Below are positions 13,939-26,933 of a stretch of DNA of 64,000 bases, piece by piece. Source of the stretch: Octopus bimaculoides (taxonomy: Eukaryota). Under the pieces are notes generated by a model. The model was not told the origin of the DNA. It made no database searches and worked only from the letters and a program-made list of their open reading frames with translations. The stretch is from NCBI RefSeq assembly GCF_001194135.2, contig NC_068998.1, positions 2,202,433-2,266,432 on the forward strand, written 5' to 3'. Made by a program: the position numbers and the translations under genes. Position 1 is the first letter of the stretch, and each line of letters opens with the position of its first letter.

Positions 13939-15017
13939 GGGGATCTTATGATCAAAAGCAACACTGGTGGTAGTAATTGAGGTATCATGGTGGAAATGGG
14001 GTTGCTAGTTGTGGAGGTTGAGGTGGTAGTGGTGAGAGTAGAGGTAGGAGTAATGGTACAAAAATGAGAAAAAAGGCCACAGCCAGAGGTTGTACAAAGT
14101 GATGGTCAGTCAGTAAAAGGAAGAAAGCTGTTGGGAGAAAGAAATGAGGTTTCTTTACTTATCAAAAAGACACACAGACAGACAGGCTGTTGTTGTTATT
14201 TTATTGTCATCTTATTGCAATGTTTTGTTTTCTTAGCTGTTTATATTTCTTTTCTTTCTGTTAATTCAACTTTATACAATGTTCAACAACAACTACATCC
14301 TGTTGAACATAACAAATTGTACGTCTGTCTGTCTGGCTGTCTTTCTCCCCCTCCCCCATCTCATTCTCAACCCCCTCCTATCTCTGTCTGTTTACCCCCC
14401 CCTCCACATTTCTTTCTCGTTTTTTACCAATTCCATTCATATAACCATTCTATAGTCTACCTACAACAAGTTGGGTTGTTGCCAATGAATTCTTGTGTTA
14501 CCCCTGCTCCACAAAAACAAATATCCATTTGTTTGTTTGTTTGTAACACCCCCCATACATGTGTGTGTGTGTATACATGTATAGTATGTATGCATGTGTT
14601 TTCAATCTCATCTCATCTTGTTTAAATAAGTTCCTTTCCTCTCCCTAAGCACACACACACACACACACATTAAAGATATTTACATGAAGAAAATCAAAGT
14701 ACTCAATATATAGCAGTGTTAAATAATCAGTGATATAGTCCATTAATGTGAATACATCTTGACACGTGTCCATACCACCAACCACTCCAGTATGTACTTG
14801 ATACATTTTTCTATACAGTTGAGTTTATCAACTTACAATCTTATAATGTAAGAACTGTAAAACACACACTAGTATATTATCTGACATAAAACTCAATACT
14901 TGCAGTAGAGTAAAAAGATAAGTTTACTGTTTGAAGAAGAGACAATTTACTAGAGTTTTGTCTAGTGACTAACAACCACTGTGTGAAACTAACTTGAGTA
15001 AACTGCCCCTTTTAGAT

Positions 15018-15107
<90 letters not shown>

Positions 15108-15544
15108 TTTCCATGCTCACATGGGTCAAGCAGTTTGTTGAGACGAATTTTCTTAGGTCAGATGCCCTTCCTGTCACTAACCCTCACCTGTTTCAAAGTG
15201 AGGTCATATTTCCTCCTTGGCCAGACATGTTTTCACAGAAGACTGGAAATGAAGGACACTGTTTGTATGACAGTGACACTCACTCATAACTTTTGCATGT
15301 CATGTATAAGATGGGTTTCTCTCTGTTTCTGTCTCTCAAATCCACTCACAAGGCTTCGGTTGGCCTAGGGTTATAGGAGGAAAAAAGGAAACTCACTCAA
15401 AGTACTATGCAGTGGGACTGAACATGAAACCTGTGCCTAATATGTAATATAATATTGATATGATATATTATAATATAATACTAGAATATATATGTATCTA
15501 TATACACACACTCACACACATCAGTATATAAGGGTGTGATCCAG

Positions 15545-15950
15545 GGATCCAAGAGTAGGAATTTAGCAAGCTTCAAGCAGTCCATAGCAGATGCAGTATG
15601 GTCAGGAATAATAACAGTTTATTGGCATCAAAGGTTACACCCTTTTTCCTATATCGAAGCTGCAAGGAAATTTGGTAAGCTGAAAGTTTCTATATAGCAG
15701 CGAGAGTTGCCATGAATGCGGATAAAAATCCAAATTGAGGGATTGGAATGTGTAAAAGCTTGACTATGTATATTTCTTGGCTAGCTGATTCTCTAATGTA
15801 ATGATTACTCAATGAGGGGTACTCAACATAACTAATCATCAGGCTGAGAAAACCTTAATTACATGAAGGTTACATTGTCGTTTGGGATTCCCAAGTTAAC
15901 TCAGTGCAGATCTGAGTTGAAATGAGTGGCAAAGCCAGAAGAACAGAATA
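15545..15950 (-). mobile_element. Possible degraded Penelope-like RT remnant
   Basis: Minus strand LNLDFYPHSWQLSLLYRNFQLTKFPCS resembles the PLE motif LxYxSxHPxxxKxSIxYSQFLRxxRICS; many stops. Confidence 0.3.
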
Positions 15951-16594
15951 AATAAACAGATGTTTGAAGAAATAAGATGTCAAGAAGAAAGGGAAGGGCG
16001 AGGTCAAATACGTGGGAGTGGGAATCGTATAAGGTTGTTAGGAATGAAGAAAAGGAGAAGTGGAAGAAAGAAGGGGGAGATAAGAGTAGGAGGTAGTTGC
16101 TGTTGTTAAATGAAAAGAATGGTTGTCATAAATATTGTGCTGGGATGGCTTAAGACAGAGGCTAGCTGAGTAGGTTTTACAGTACCCTGGTTTCCCAAGC
16201 AGTCACCCATCTAAACACTAACTAGGCTCAACTTTGCTTAACTTTGGTGATCACACAAGAATCAGTGCATTCAACATATGGCCCTGGGGGTGGCCAATGA
16301 GTTAAATTATCAGTCAAGTACTGGGCTCAATGTCATTGACTTGCTGCCCCTCCCTTCAAAAGTGACTGGCCTTGAGACTCCATGGAAACCCAATTACAGG
16401 CCTTTCAGAGTTGTAGGTGCTTGAGGTAAATAAAACAAAGTAAAAAAAATAAAGAAGGTGATGACAAGGTGGTTAATTAATTACACCTGTGGTTTGCTTT
16501 ACACTGGGATGTTGGGAGAGTATGTTTATTAAAAAAGCTAAACATTACATTTCAAATTATAACTCCAAAATACTGTGCGTGCACATGCACGCAT

Positions 16595-16630
<36 letters not shown>

Positions 16631-17477
16631 ACACACATACACACAGAGAGCAAGAGAGATAGACACATAGAAGCATGTCTTACAAAACAAGTAGAGATAG
16701 AAGCAACAAAGATCTCTATTCTGCTCTTAGCCTTTGTTGCCATTGTCCTCTTTCTCCTCCTCCTCCCCCNNNNNNNNNNNNNNNNNNNNNNNNNNNNNNN
16801 NNNNNNNNNNNNNNNNNNNNNNNNNNNNNNNNNNNNNNNNNNNNNNNNNNNNNNNNNNNNNNNNNNNNNNNNNNNNNNNNNNNNNNNNNNNNNNNNNNNN
16901 NNNNNNNNNNNNNNNNNNNNNNNNNNNNNNNNNNNNNNNNNNNNNNNNNNNNNNNNNNNNNNNNNNNNNNNNNNNNNNNNNNNNNNNNNNNNNNNNNNNN
17001 NNNNNNNNNNNNNNNNNNNNNNNNNNNNNNNNNNNNNNNNNNNNNNNNNNNNNNNNNNNNNNNNNNNNNNNNNNNNNNNNNNNNNNNNNNNNNNNNNNNN
17101 NNNNNNNNNNNNNNNNNNNNNNNNNNNNNNNNNNNNNNNNNNNNNNNNNNNNNNNNNNNNNNNNNNNNNNNNNNNNNNNNNNNNNNNNNNNNNNNNNNNN
17201 NNNNNNNNNNNNNNNNNNNNNNNNNNNNNNNNNNNNNNNNNNNNNNNNNNNNNNNNNNNNNNNNNNNNNNNNNNNNNNNNNNNNNNNNNNNNNNNNNNNN
17301 NNNNNNNNNNNNNNNNNNNNNNNNNNNNNNNNNNNNNNNNNNNNNNNNNNNNNNNNNNNNNNNNNNNNNNNNNNNNNNNNNNNNNNNNNNNNNNNNNNNN
17401 NNNNNNNNNNNNNNNNNNNNNNNNNNNNNNNNNNNNNNNNNNNNNNNNNNNNNNNNNNNNNNNNNNNNNNNNNNNNN

Positions 17478-17514
<37 letters not shown>

Positions 17515-18363
17515 TATATAGATAGGGTGATAAATTGAATATTAATTCAATTTAAAACCAACTGGCCTAGCATATAAAAAAATCTGAAAATTCAGAAAAA
17601 AAATTGTATTACATGTATTACATTGTGGTTGGGTCGTTGGTGACCTCTTTCTAGCATATTGGATGTCCACCTAGTAGTCATCCCTTATACACGTGTAATA
17701 CAGATTCCATCTGACCCATGCAGGCATTGAGATGCAGACATTAAATAATAATGATTTTCTGTGTACATGTCTCTTTGTGTGTGTTCGTATAAAATGTTCT
17801 GCCTCTTGACCTCCATCAATACCAGTTGTGCATGTGCTGTTGTTTTGCCAAATGATCAAGCAAACTTATGATCAAATGCATTCTAGCCATGATCATCCCA
17901 TCTTTTAAGAGTTTGAAGGACTACATTAATCAGTGTAGCCTTGTCTTACTTTGACTAAAAAGGGATTTTTAGAGAGATTTGATACCTGCGGCTGCTATAT
18001 CTTACAAAGGTAGGTGACATAAAATTAAGCATTTAGCTGTGACAATATAGAGAAATGTCTGCAGTGTGAGATAAACTCAGACCTTCTGTTTCTTTGATAG
18101 AGTTGAACTTTTACTTAACCTAGTTCACAGCCAACTTTTGATCCCTTGCTGTAGTCATTTTGCTTTCTGTATATGGTTGACGTTCTCCAGAATGGTATGT
18201 ACTCTGCAGACTCTTAATTTTCTTCTCCAAGAAGCCAAAGGCCATTGTGATTTCCAAGAGATCAATAATTTTTATTACAAACTGGTTGCTATCATGCTAG
18301 TCTTAACCCCAGGGAAGAATGAGATGTTTTTGAATTCATATAATTTGAGAATTCACATCTCTG

Positions 18364-18407
<44 letters not shown>

Positions 18408-18668
18408 AATCGTTATTTCAGTGTTTACTTCTCCATGCTTACATGTGTCACATGAATTTGTCAGAGCACATTTTCTATGCCCAAAAGCTCTTCCCATTGC
18501 CAACTATCTCTTGTTTCCAAGTAAGGGAATATTTCTCCCAACTTCAAACATGTTTTTACACAAGATTTCAATTGGCACTGTTACTATGGTGGCGAAGCTT
18601 GTTTACAACTAGCACACAATGTCAAGATAAGGAGTCACACACACACACACACACGTATGTATGTAGTA

Positions 18669-19297
18669 GAGGCCCAGTGGTTATGGCAGCAGACTCGCAG
18701 TTTCGATTCCCAGACTAGTCATCGTGAGATATGCTTTGGAGATATGCTGTGATTGAGAAAACCAGGCAACTAAGGTGAGATCGCAGCCATGGATGTCTGG
18801 CCCAGTTAAGAGTGCCCCAGATGCGTCAGGCGATATGATATACTTGCGAAGACCTGTTGAGTCAAGTAAAACCAATTTCGTAGCTGTGGCCAGTGTCCCC
18901 TGACCGGCTCCTATGCCAGTGGCATGTAAAAAGCACCATCCAAATGTGGTCGATACCAGGTCCACTTGACTGGCTCCTGTGCCAGTGGCACGTAAAAAGC
19001 ACCATCCGAACATGGCCAATGCTAGTACCCCCTGACTGGCTCTCATGCTGGTGGCACATAAAAACCACCAACCAAACGTGGCTGATGCCAGTACCATGTG
19101 ACTGGCTCCCGTACCGGTGGCACATAAAAAGCATCCACTACACTCTCTGAGTGGTTGGCATTCAGAAGGACATCCAGCTGTAGAAACATTGCCAGATTAG
19201 ATTGGAGCCTGGTGCAGCTGCTGGCTCTCAAGACCTCAGTCAAACTGTCCAACCCATGCCAGCATGGAAAATGGACGTTAAACAATGATGATGATGA
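18669..19297 (+). mobile_element. Full-length tRNA-derived SINE with four internal ~65-bp repeats and (GAT)n tail
   Basis: A-box-like cagtggtta, B-box gtttcgattcc, repeats of ctgactggctcc..gtggcacgtaaaaagcacc from 18897 to 19130. 3' fragments of the same family at 27230-27440, 27540-27720, 29632-29915, 36950-37110 and 48560-48640. Confidence 0.9.
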
Positions 19298-20233
19298 TAT
19301 ATATAATCTGGGAAAGTCTAAAATGTATAGAATAAATATTATAATGGAGTTAAGTCAGGATAATTACAAATTTTCTCCAATATAAAATGGTTTAAAACGG
19401 ATCGAAAAGGTAAAATTGAAAATATCTCCTGCTCTGTGTGTTTGGTTAAGAGAGAGAGAGAGAGAGAGAGAGAGATGTGTTAATTGTAAGAAATTATGAT
19501 GGCGTTGTGTGTCTTGAGATTACAATACAGAGAAAGTGCTCCATTTCCATTCTACAATATTATTTTAATCTATTAATGTGAAAGAGCTTTCTCCTCCTCT
19601 GCCTTCTCTTGTGATTCCACGAAGAAGAAGCAGTAATATTCCAATCTAATGGATTTGCTTTCACAAGGTTCGTTAACCCTGTTGATGGCAACCTGCCCAA
19701 GGCTAGCTTCAGTTCTGTCGCACCAAACACCAACTAAAAAAAAATTTCCATACTTAAATTAAAAATCTTGTCTTGTAATTTAATGTAAGAACATTTTGTT
19801 ATGTTCTCAACACCGGCTTCCTAATGAAAATATCAGCTATTTTATGAAATTCCTCAAAATAGCTCATTATTTTTCAAAAGCTCTCGGTGTATTTCTTTAA
19901 GAATCTGGTAATGAAAGAGTTTAGAATTTGCTTTGTTAGTGCCTGCACCTGGTTTTGAATGCTTGTCAGATGCTACACACTTATTGATTCCATAAAGAAC
20001 AGGTTTAGATCATTTCAAATAAAAATGAAGAAAAAGATAATTGATTTTACACATTCTAAAATGGTAACTTCCTGTTCTTTGAAAAGAGACCAGATTAAAA
20101 ATGGGTGACATTATATCTAATGAGAAAAATGGTTTCATAAACAGCTAAGATTAGACAATTTCAAACTATTTTCACAAAAATTTGTGTTTTTTGATTGCTG
20201 GTGGTAGTGGGGGGTACCTTTTTTTTTCTTTTT

Positions 20234-20274
<41 letters not shown>

Positions 20275-20483
20275 TGGTGGTTCTCTTTGAGAAATACTTG
20301 AAAAGCTTAAATTGTTTTAATTCCAGAAGTGAATAAATTGGTATAAACATAAAAGAAGAGATCTTTACCTCGTCCCCCACTCCGCCTCCATCAATCAACC
20401 AGTTGAAAGTTTTCGAAAAATCCTGTAACATTAGCAATATAAGACAATAACAGGGTTTGGTTTGAAAACTGATAGATAATGCC

Positions 20484-20514
<31 letters not shown>

Positions 20515-20956
20515 CCATCACACCATCATCATTACTATTATTATTACTATTATTATTGCGGTGAACTTTTAGAGTAGTAGTAGGTAGTAGTAGTAGTAGT
20601 AGTAGTTTTTTTTGTTTGTTTTTTTTCCTGCAAGATGTTTGGTGAGCCAAGAAGTCTTTGCATTTAAGGAATCGTCCACCACGGCTGACGTTTAATGACT
20701 TTCTAAACATTGGTGGCAGAACAGATGTAATCACAGTAATTAGATCACCTTGAATTCTGACACAACTTGCTAATAGTATTAAACTTGGTTAACTAGCATC
20801 ACCTCCTCCCTACCTCACCCCAACACCAGTCGATGTTCTTTTGGCGTAAATATTTCTTTTACTGCAACTCGTGTATCAAATTCTTCACATTGTCTTCCAC
20901 CATATTTCTTTCCTTCTACCTTCCGTTTCACCTTTACACAGCCCTACATCTGATTT

Positions 20957-20992
<36 letters not shown>

Positions 20993-21484
20993 TACTCCAT
21001 CTCATTTTTTTCTTCCTCTCTTCCTTTACTAAAAGATATCCTTAACTCATTTTACATTACTCTTACTCTTTACTCTTTTACTCGTTTCAGTCATTTGACT
21101 GCAGCCAGTATGAGGGACGTTCTGTTATCCTACTGAATTCCGCTCTGGGTTAGAAAAAGGTTTTATCTCTGACACCCTCCTCAAGTGTTTCAGATTTCCT
21201 TAATTCCTTAACCCCCAGATTAACCTGATTGATCAGATCAGTAATTAAAGGCCTTCTGGCCATGACCATCCCATGTATTTGTATATGCAGGGCTACATTG
21301 TTCAATGTAGCCTGATTTTATTTTGAGGCCAGTGAAGAGATTTAGCTGCTATTTGGAGGAGGTCGATCAACCCTGTAGGGTCTGACTTGCTGGGTGGGAG
21401 TAGGGGTGGGTGAGGGATACCCAACGACAACAAGCTGACCTGTGAACAATATCCAGCTTCCAAGAGTTAAAGATAAATGCACTT

Positions 21485-22200
21485 TCCACCACCACCACCA
21501 CCACCACCACCACCACCATTGTCACCACTATTACTACTACCGTTATCACCACTGTTATGACTGTTTCTCATACCATCACCATCAGTGTTGTCAATCAGTC
21601 ACTACCACCACATTACTACCTACTACTACTACACCCACTGACTACTACATCACTGCAACCACCAACACCACAACTACCACCACTATCATTGCTGTCATCG
21701 TCATTCACCATCACCACCACTAAGTTTACTACTACTACTACCAAACCACAATATCAACAACACCATTACCATACCACCTCCACTACATCACCAGTACTGC
21801 TACCTACCATCACCACCACCACCACCACCACCACCACCACCACAACCTATTTAGAATATTATCCATCTCTGTCACTATGACAACCATTCAGTGTTAATGA
21901 CCTTATCAAAATAGTTTTATATTCAGAGTAGTTACATCATCATCATCATCATAATCATCATCATCATCATTTCATCACCACCACCACCACCACCACCATT
22001 ATCACTATGACCACCCATCGCTGGTGCCTTCTCCAAAACCACTCCCAATTTCTACCATCACCACCACCACTACCACCACCACTTACATCATCTGAATTCT
22101 CAATATTGTCATCATCATCAAGACATCACCCTCCTACCACTACCATTATCATCACCACCACCACCACCACCATCGTCATCATCATCATCATCACCAACAA
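21485..22200. repeat. Degenerate (CAC/CAT/TAC)n low-complexity tract
   Basis: Read directly; explains the poly-His/Thr ORFs in the track. Confidence 0.95.
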
Positions 22201-22874
22201 GCTTGGAATGTTTCACAGTCAGGGAGAATGCCAGTTATTTGATTATTTATTTTATGCTTTTCTTCTCCTTCTGGTTGGGTGTGGTCATGGCTGGGTGAGT
22301 GGGTGGGTGACTGTCAGACAAGGAGTGTGTCCAAGTGGAATGGTTTCTAATGTTAATAGCAACAGTGTCTGTCTGTGTGTCTGCTAGTGTCTCTAGATAT
22401 TTCAGTGTTGCAGTGAGAAATTAGCAAGAGGCTTTAGCACTGGTGGCAGCAGTGGTGGTGGTGGTGGTGGTAGTAGTAATAGTAGTAGTAGTAGTAGTAG
22501 TAGTTGTAGTAGTTGTTGTTGTTGTTGTTGTTGTTGTTGTTATACAACCCTGAGCCAGTCTTGATTCAAGAGACCTATGATCAAAGGTGTTCCAGCCGTG
22601 ACCATCCATCCTCATTCTTCAGACCCCTGATGGCCTTTGAGTACCTTTGGTGGAGTCTACTCTCTTGCAAGTCTTTGGACCAGATTCCTTTCTTCTCTCC
22701 ACCAATCAGAGGCTCTTGAGAAAGGTCATGGGCACTGCCCTTCCTCACCTGTGCTCAACTGTTACTTATTTTATCGACCCAGAAAAGATGAAAGATAAAA
22801 TTAACCTCAGCAGAATTTGAACTCAGAATGACAATGATGACGATGTAGTAAACCACATTTGCACTTTATAATTA

Positions 22875-23175
22875 ATTTGTGTCCATTTGACCCAGGAATG
22901 GTTAAGAAGGAAGATGAAAGCCACGAGATAAAAATGGTGAAGATAGTGCCAATTATTGTTGGGTCTTTGGGGACAGTACCAAAAGGCATCAAGTGGAATA
23001 TAAAGGAAATCAGAATTAAGGGGCCCAGTAGAACTGTTGCAAAAAGTTTGCCTCTTTGGCATGGCCAGAATCCTCTGGAAAGTATTAAATAGTTGAAGAG
23101 AACAAACGGTAAAGTTCCATAGGCAGCAGGTAGCAAGCCTGCAACTCATACAAGACTCCAGGAGTTCCAGCAAAA
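22875..23175 (+). mobile_element. 3' remnant of R4/Dong-type (REL endonuclease) non-LTR retrotransposon
   Basis: VKIVPIIVGSLGTVPKGIKWNIKEIRIKGPVELLQKVCLFGMARILWKVLN, the typical REL C-terminus. Confidence 0.75.
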
Positions 23176-23342
23176 CAAGAATTTAAAGAATCATAATGGT
23201 TTTAAATTTTGGCACAAGATCTACGATTTTAGGGGGAGGTGGTTAGTCAATTGCATTAATCCCTGGGGCTCAACTGGTCTATTGACCCCTAAAGGATGAA
23301 AGGCAAAGTCGACCACCTCAGCAGAAGACAAAGGTGGGGACA

Positions 23343-23383
<41 letters not shown>

Positions 23384-23566
23384 CTGAAGACTGGAGTTAC
23401 TGGTATTCTCCAGTCTTCACTTTTTACAGCACAATTGTAAAAATAGAAAAAAAAAAGAATTATTTTTCATAAAGACACTTTTGTTTCCATTACTACAATA
23501 TGATGTTTATATTATATTTGTTGTCTTCTCTATATTGTTTCTATATGAGTGCCATTATTATTGCAG

Positions 23567-23626
23567 AATTTAAACAGTCAATCCCACAATCCAGTATGGG
23601 AGATTGAACTTCAAAAGGTCTCCAAG
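23567..23626 (+). CDS. PLEKHA1/2: TAPP coding exon 2
   Basis: ttgcag|NLNSQSHNPVWEIELQKVSK|gtatgt; 60 nt, phase 0-0; corresponds to TAPP1 NLPSGSSRVGAIKLTYISK. Confidence 0.88.
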
Positions 23627-25084
23627 GTATGTCTTTCTTCAGAACTCCCAGTTATGCGTTCGTTTATATATATATAAGAGAGTGAAATAGAATGTCTTTG
23701 ACAGATTCCTGCAAAATAGTGAGGTTGATGTGGTGTGTGTTCATTTTCTCTAAAGTTGAAGTTAATTGTGTATAAAGTTGAGAATATTAATTTAAAACAA
23801 TGTTGCAATCACAAGGTTCAGTTCCTTTGTACAATATCTTGAACTCAAGCCCCAGGCAAACCAATGTCTTGTGAGTAAATTTAGTTGACAGAAACTGTGA
23901 GGAAGCCTGTCATACATATATGTGTGTGTGTGTGTGTGTTCTATTTGTCCTCCTCCACCACTAGACAACTGGTGTTGGTTTGTTTACATTCCTGTAACTT
24001 AGTGGTTCAGCAAAAGACACTTGTAGAATATGTACAAGACTTTAAAAAATAAATACAGGTGTTGATTTGTTTGACGAAACCTTTCAAAGCAGTGCTCCAG
24101 CATGGCTGCAGTCCAATGACTGAAACAATGAGAAGAAAGACAAAACATAAACTTATCTCAGACATTTTGACGCTGATACCAGTTTTGGTTCTTCAGTGCC
24201 TTCGCCATTATTTGGTTCAACACATTTACAGCCTATGGAATCTACATTGTCCAACCTATATATGTCGAACAGTTGTGTGTCTGTTGGCCAAGTTCCACTT
24301 CCATAAATTAATAAAGATGGCACCAGAGCATCTTCATCATCATCATCATTATCACTACCAGATGACATCACCGATGCCATGTAATAACTTTGGTAGTTTT
24401 GTGTTGGACACTGCAGCCGCAGCTACTCTTGACTCCTATGCCATTATGGAATAATTCATCAAAAAATTGGCCATTAGCCATATATATATTATATAGTATA
24501 TTTGTGTATGTGTGTATATATAGAGAGAGATGTATGTATATTTATGTATAATTATGTGTGTGTGTGTCTATATATATGTATATACACATACATATATATT
24601 ATATAATATCACCATTTAATGTCCATATTGGTATGTAGGTGCAGCATGGCTGAATAATCATTCAGAAGTATGCTTTTACAACCATTGAGTCCCAAGTTCA
24701 ATCCTGCTTCTGGATATCTTAGATAAGTGTCACCCATACCTGTGCGTGAAATTGGGTCGAGAGAAGCTTAATTGGAAAAGACCTTTGGGTGGATTGTGCC
24801 TGGAATTTAAAAGGTTCAGCTTTGTCTCTCTCACACATTGATTTTGCCTACATTAAAAAGACAAAAATACTCCTCTAAGGGTGCATATATCTGTGGAATA
24901 CTCAACCACTTACACATTAATTCAGAAACAGACAAATGGCTACCATTTTTCTTTCTTTCTTTTCTTGCTAATTACTATAATATACATTTAATAGCTAATT
25001 CGGTTGAAACAAAAGAAAAACAAATTGATGATCGTTTATCATCTCGTCAATGTAATTATATTCCATTCGTTTAATTTTATCCAG

Positions 25085-25130
25085 GTCAGTGATGCTCGTA
25101 AACTCCGACCCAAGGTTGACTTCTGCTTTG
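25085..25130 (+). CDS. PLEKHA1/2: TAPP coding exon 3
   Basis: atccag|VSDARKLRPKVDFCF+G|gtacgt; 46 nt, phase 0-1; TAPP1 VSDATKLRPKAEFCF. Confidence 0.95.
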
Positions 25131-25801
25131 GTACGTTACGTTTTGTACTCGTCTCTTTTCTTCAACAATTTAGTTAAAATATCCAACCTAATGTGTGTAT
25201 AATTACTACATCACTGCCAATTAAACTAATTAGGGTGCGGTTAATTTTATGCATATTCATTACTTTGAAAATGGAAATTTTATGGAATTCAGAAATTGTA
25301 GAATTATTTCATTCTTAAATTCATTTCATCAAAAAGGAATCAACAGTTTAATTCTTGACATTCTTTTAGATTTTTACTTAATTTTTAAAAAAGTTGTTTT
25401 TTCTTCTTTTTCCGATCAATTCTGTTTCCAATTCTAACCTGGAAGCAGGACATGAGGTAGTTTTATTTAAAATTGGGGCTGCATGAGGGAATAACCACTG
25501 CCTGGTGCTGCATCAGGGCATTTATTATTATCCTTATCATTAGTTAAGGTGGTGTGCTGGCAGAATTGTTACTGCGCTGGACGAAATGCTTTGTGGTATT
25601 TCACTCGTCACTTCATTATGAGTTCAAATTCTGCTGAGGTCAACTTTGCCTTTCATCCTTTCGGGGGCCAATAAAATAAGTACCAGTTGCGCATTGGGGT
25701 GTCAATGTAATCAACTCATCCCCCTCCCCACCAAAATTGCTGCCCTTGTGGCAGAATTTGAAACCATGATTATTATTATTATTGTTATTATTATCTTTCA
25801 G

Positions 25802-25899
25802 TGGTCAACTTTGCTGGTCAGCGTTATTTTCTACAAGCGGAGGACCAGACAGACATGAACAAGTGGATTGATGTCCTCAACAATGCTAGTAAAATTATT
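25802..25899 (+). CDS. PLEKHA1/2: TAPP coding exon 4, end of PH1
   Basis: tttcag|TG+VNFAGQRYFLQAEDQTDMNKWIDVLNNASKII|gtaagt; 98 nt, phase 1-0; TAPP1 [32 protein letters not shown]. Confidence 0.95.
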
Positions 25900-26039
25900 G
25901 TAAGTATCTATAGTGTTTTGTTTTTTTTGTTTTTCTGTAGAGGGAGTAGGGTGGGGATGGGTGGGAATCGGATGGAGTGATGGATGGATTAGGACTCCCA
26001 GGTCAGGTCCTTTTTTGTTGATTCACTTCTGTTTCTGAA

Positions 26040-26340
26040 TAAAAGATGGGATGGTCATGGCTAGAACACCATTGATCATTGCTTTGGTGGATCAGGTTTG
26101 ACATGAGATTAAACAACAATGAAGAACACATTAGATGATGTAGTCCTAGATATACTATGTCTAAATAGAAGATGTGGTGGTTACAGTTGGCACATTTTTG
26201 ATTGTAAGTCTGCTGAATCAGGAACTGACCTAGGGCTAAACGATAACTAAACCTAACAATAAATAATGCAGTCCTATATACACTATCTTTGAATAAAAAG
26301 TGGGATGGTCACTGTTGGAGCCCCTTTGATCACTGAATCT
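26040..26340. repeat. Interspersed repeat family, two tandem copies
   Basis: gatgggatggtca(c/t)ggct.gaa..cc.ttgatca core, also at about 11690-11880, 17870, 21240-21360, 22540-22640, 33100-33230, 34440-34570, 49880-50050 and 52790-52990. Confidence 0.7.
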
Positions 26341-26660
26341 GTGTGTGTTTGTGAGAGAGAGAAATAGAACTGTGTGTGTGTGTGTAATGTGTCTAAACTA
26401 ATAAATCTTGTTTCATTTTGGGAAGGCGAGGGGGGAGTGTGAGGAGAGAGGCACTTGTAATAAGTCTGGTTTCACTGAGGAGGAGAAGAGAACAGAAAGA
26501 TATTAGTTGGGGAGTGAGAAAGACGAAGAAAGAGAGAGAGAGAGAGAGATGAAAGGCCTCCATTGTGCCTTTATTATCAGGGAAGAACGAGAGGAGTATC
26601 TAGTGGGTGTGTCATTTAGTGCCTGACTGTATAATATATATTAGTGTGTGTGTGTGTGTG

Positions 26661-26702
<42 letters not shown>

Positions 26703-26899
26703 CTATATTTGTATGCCTGTATTTGTGGAGCTAGTGTAAAAGGCTATATAGCTTAATAGTGTCTAATGAAAGTGGGTAGTTTAGAAATGTCACATCAATT
26801 AAGCTTAATAAGATTTTAATAAGGCCTGTTAGAAATGTCACTTGTACAGAAGAAGGATTGTCATAGCAGACCGACTTGCAGTAACAAACGCTGCGCTTA

Positions 26900-26933
<34 letters not shown>

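Noticed and set aside
18669-18715. tRNA-like A/B boxes here and in other SINE heads
   Set aside because: No complete cloverleaf; these are SINE promoters, not tRNA genes.
18897-19140. Repeat array as a possible CRISPR
   Set aside because: Units are contiguous and diverged with no unique spacers or cas genes; eukaryotic SINE context.
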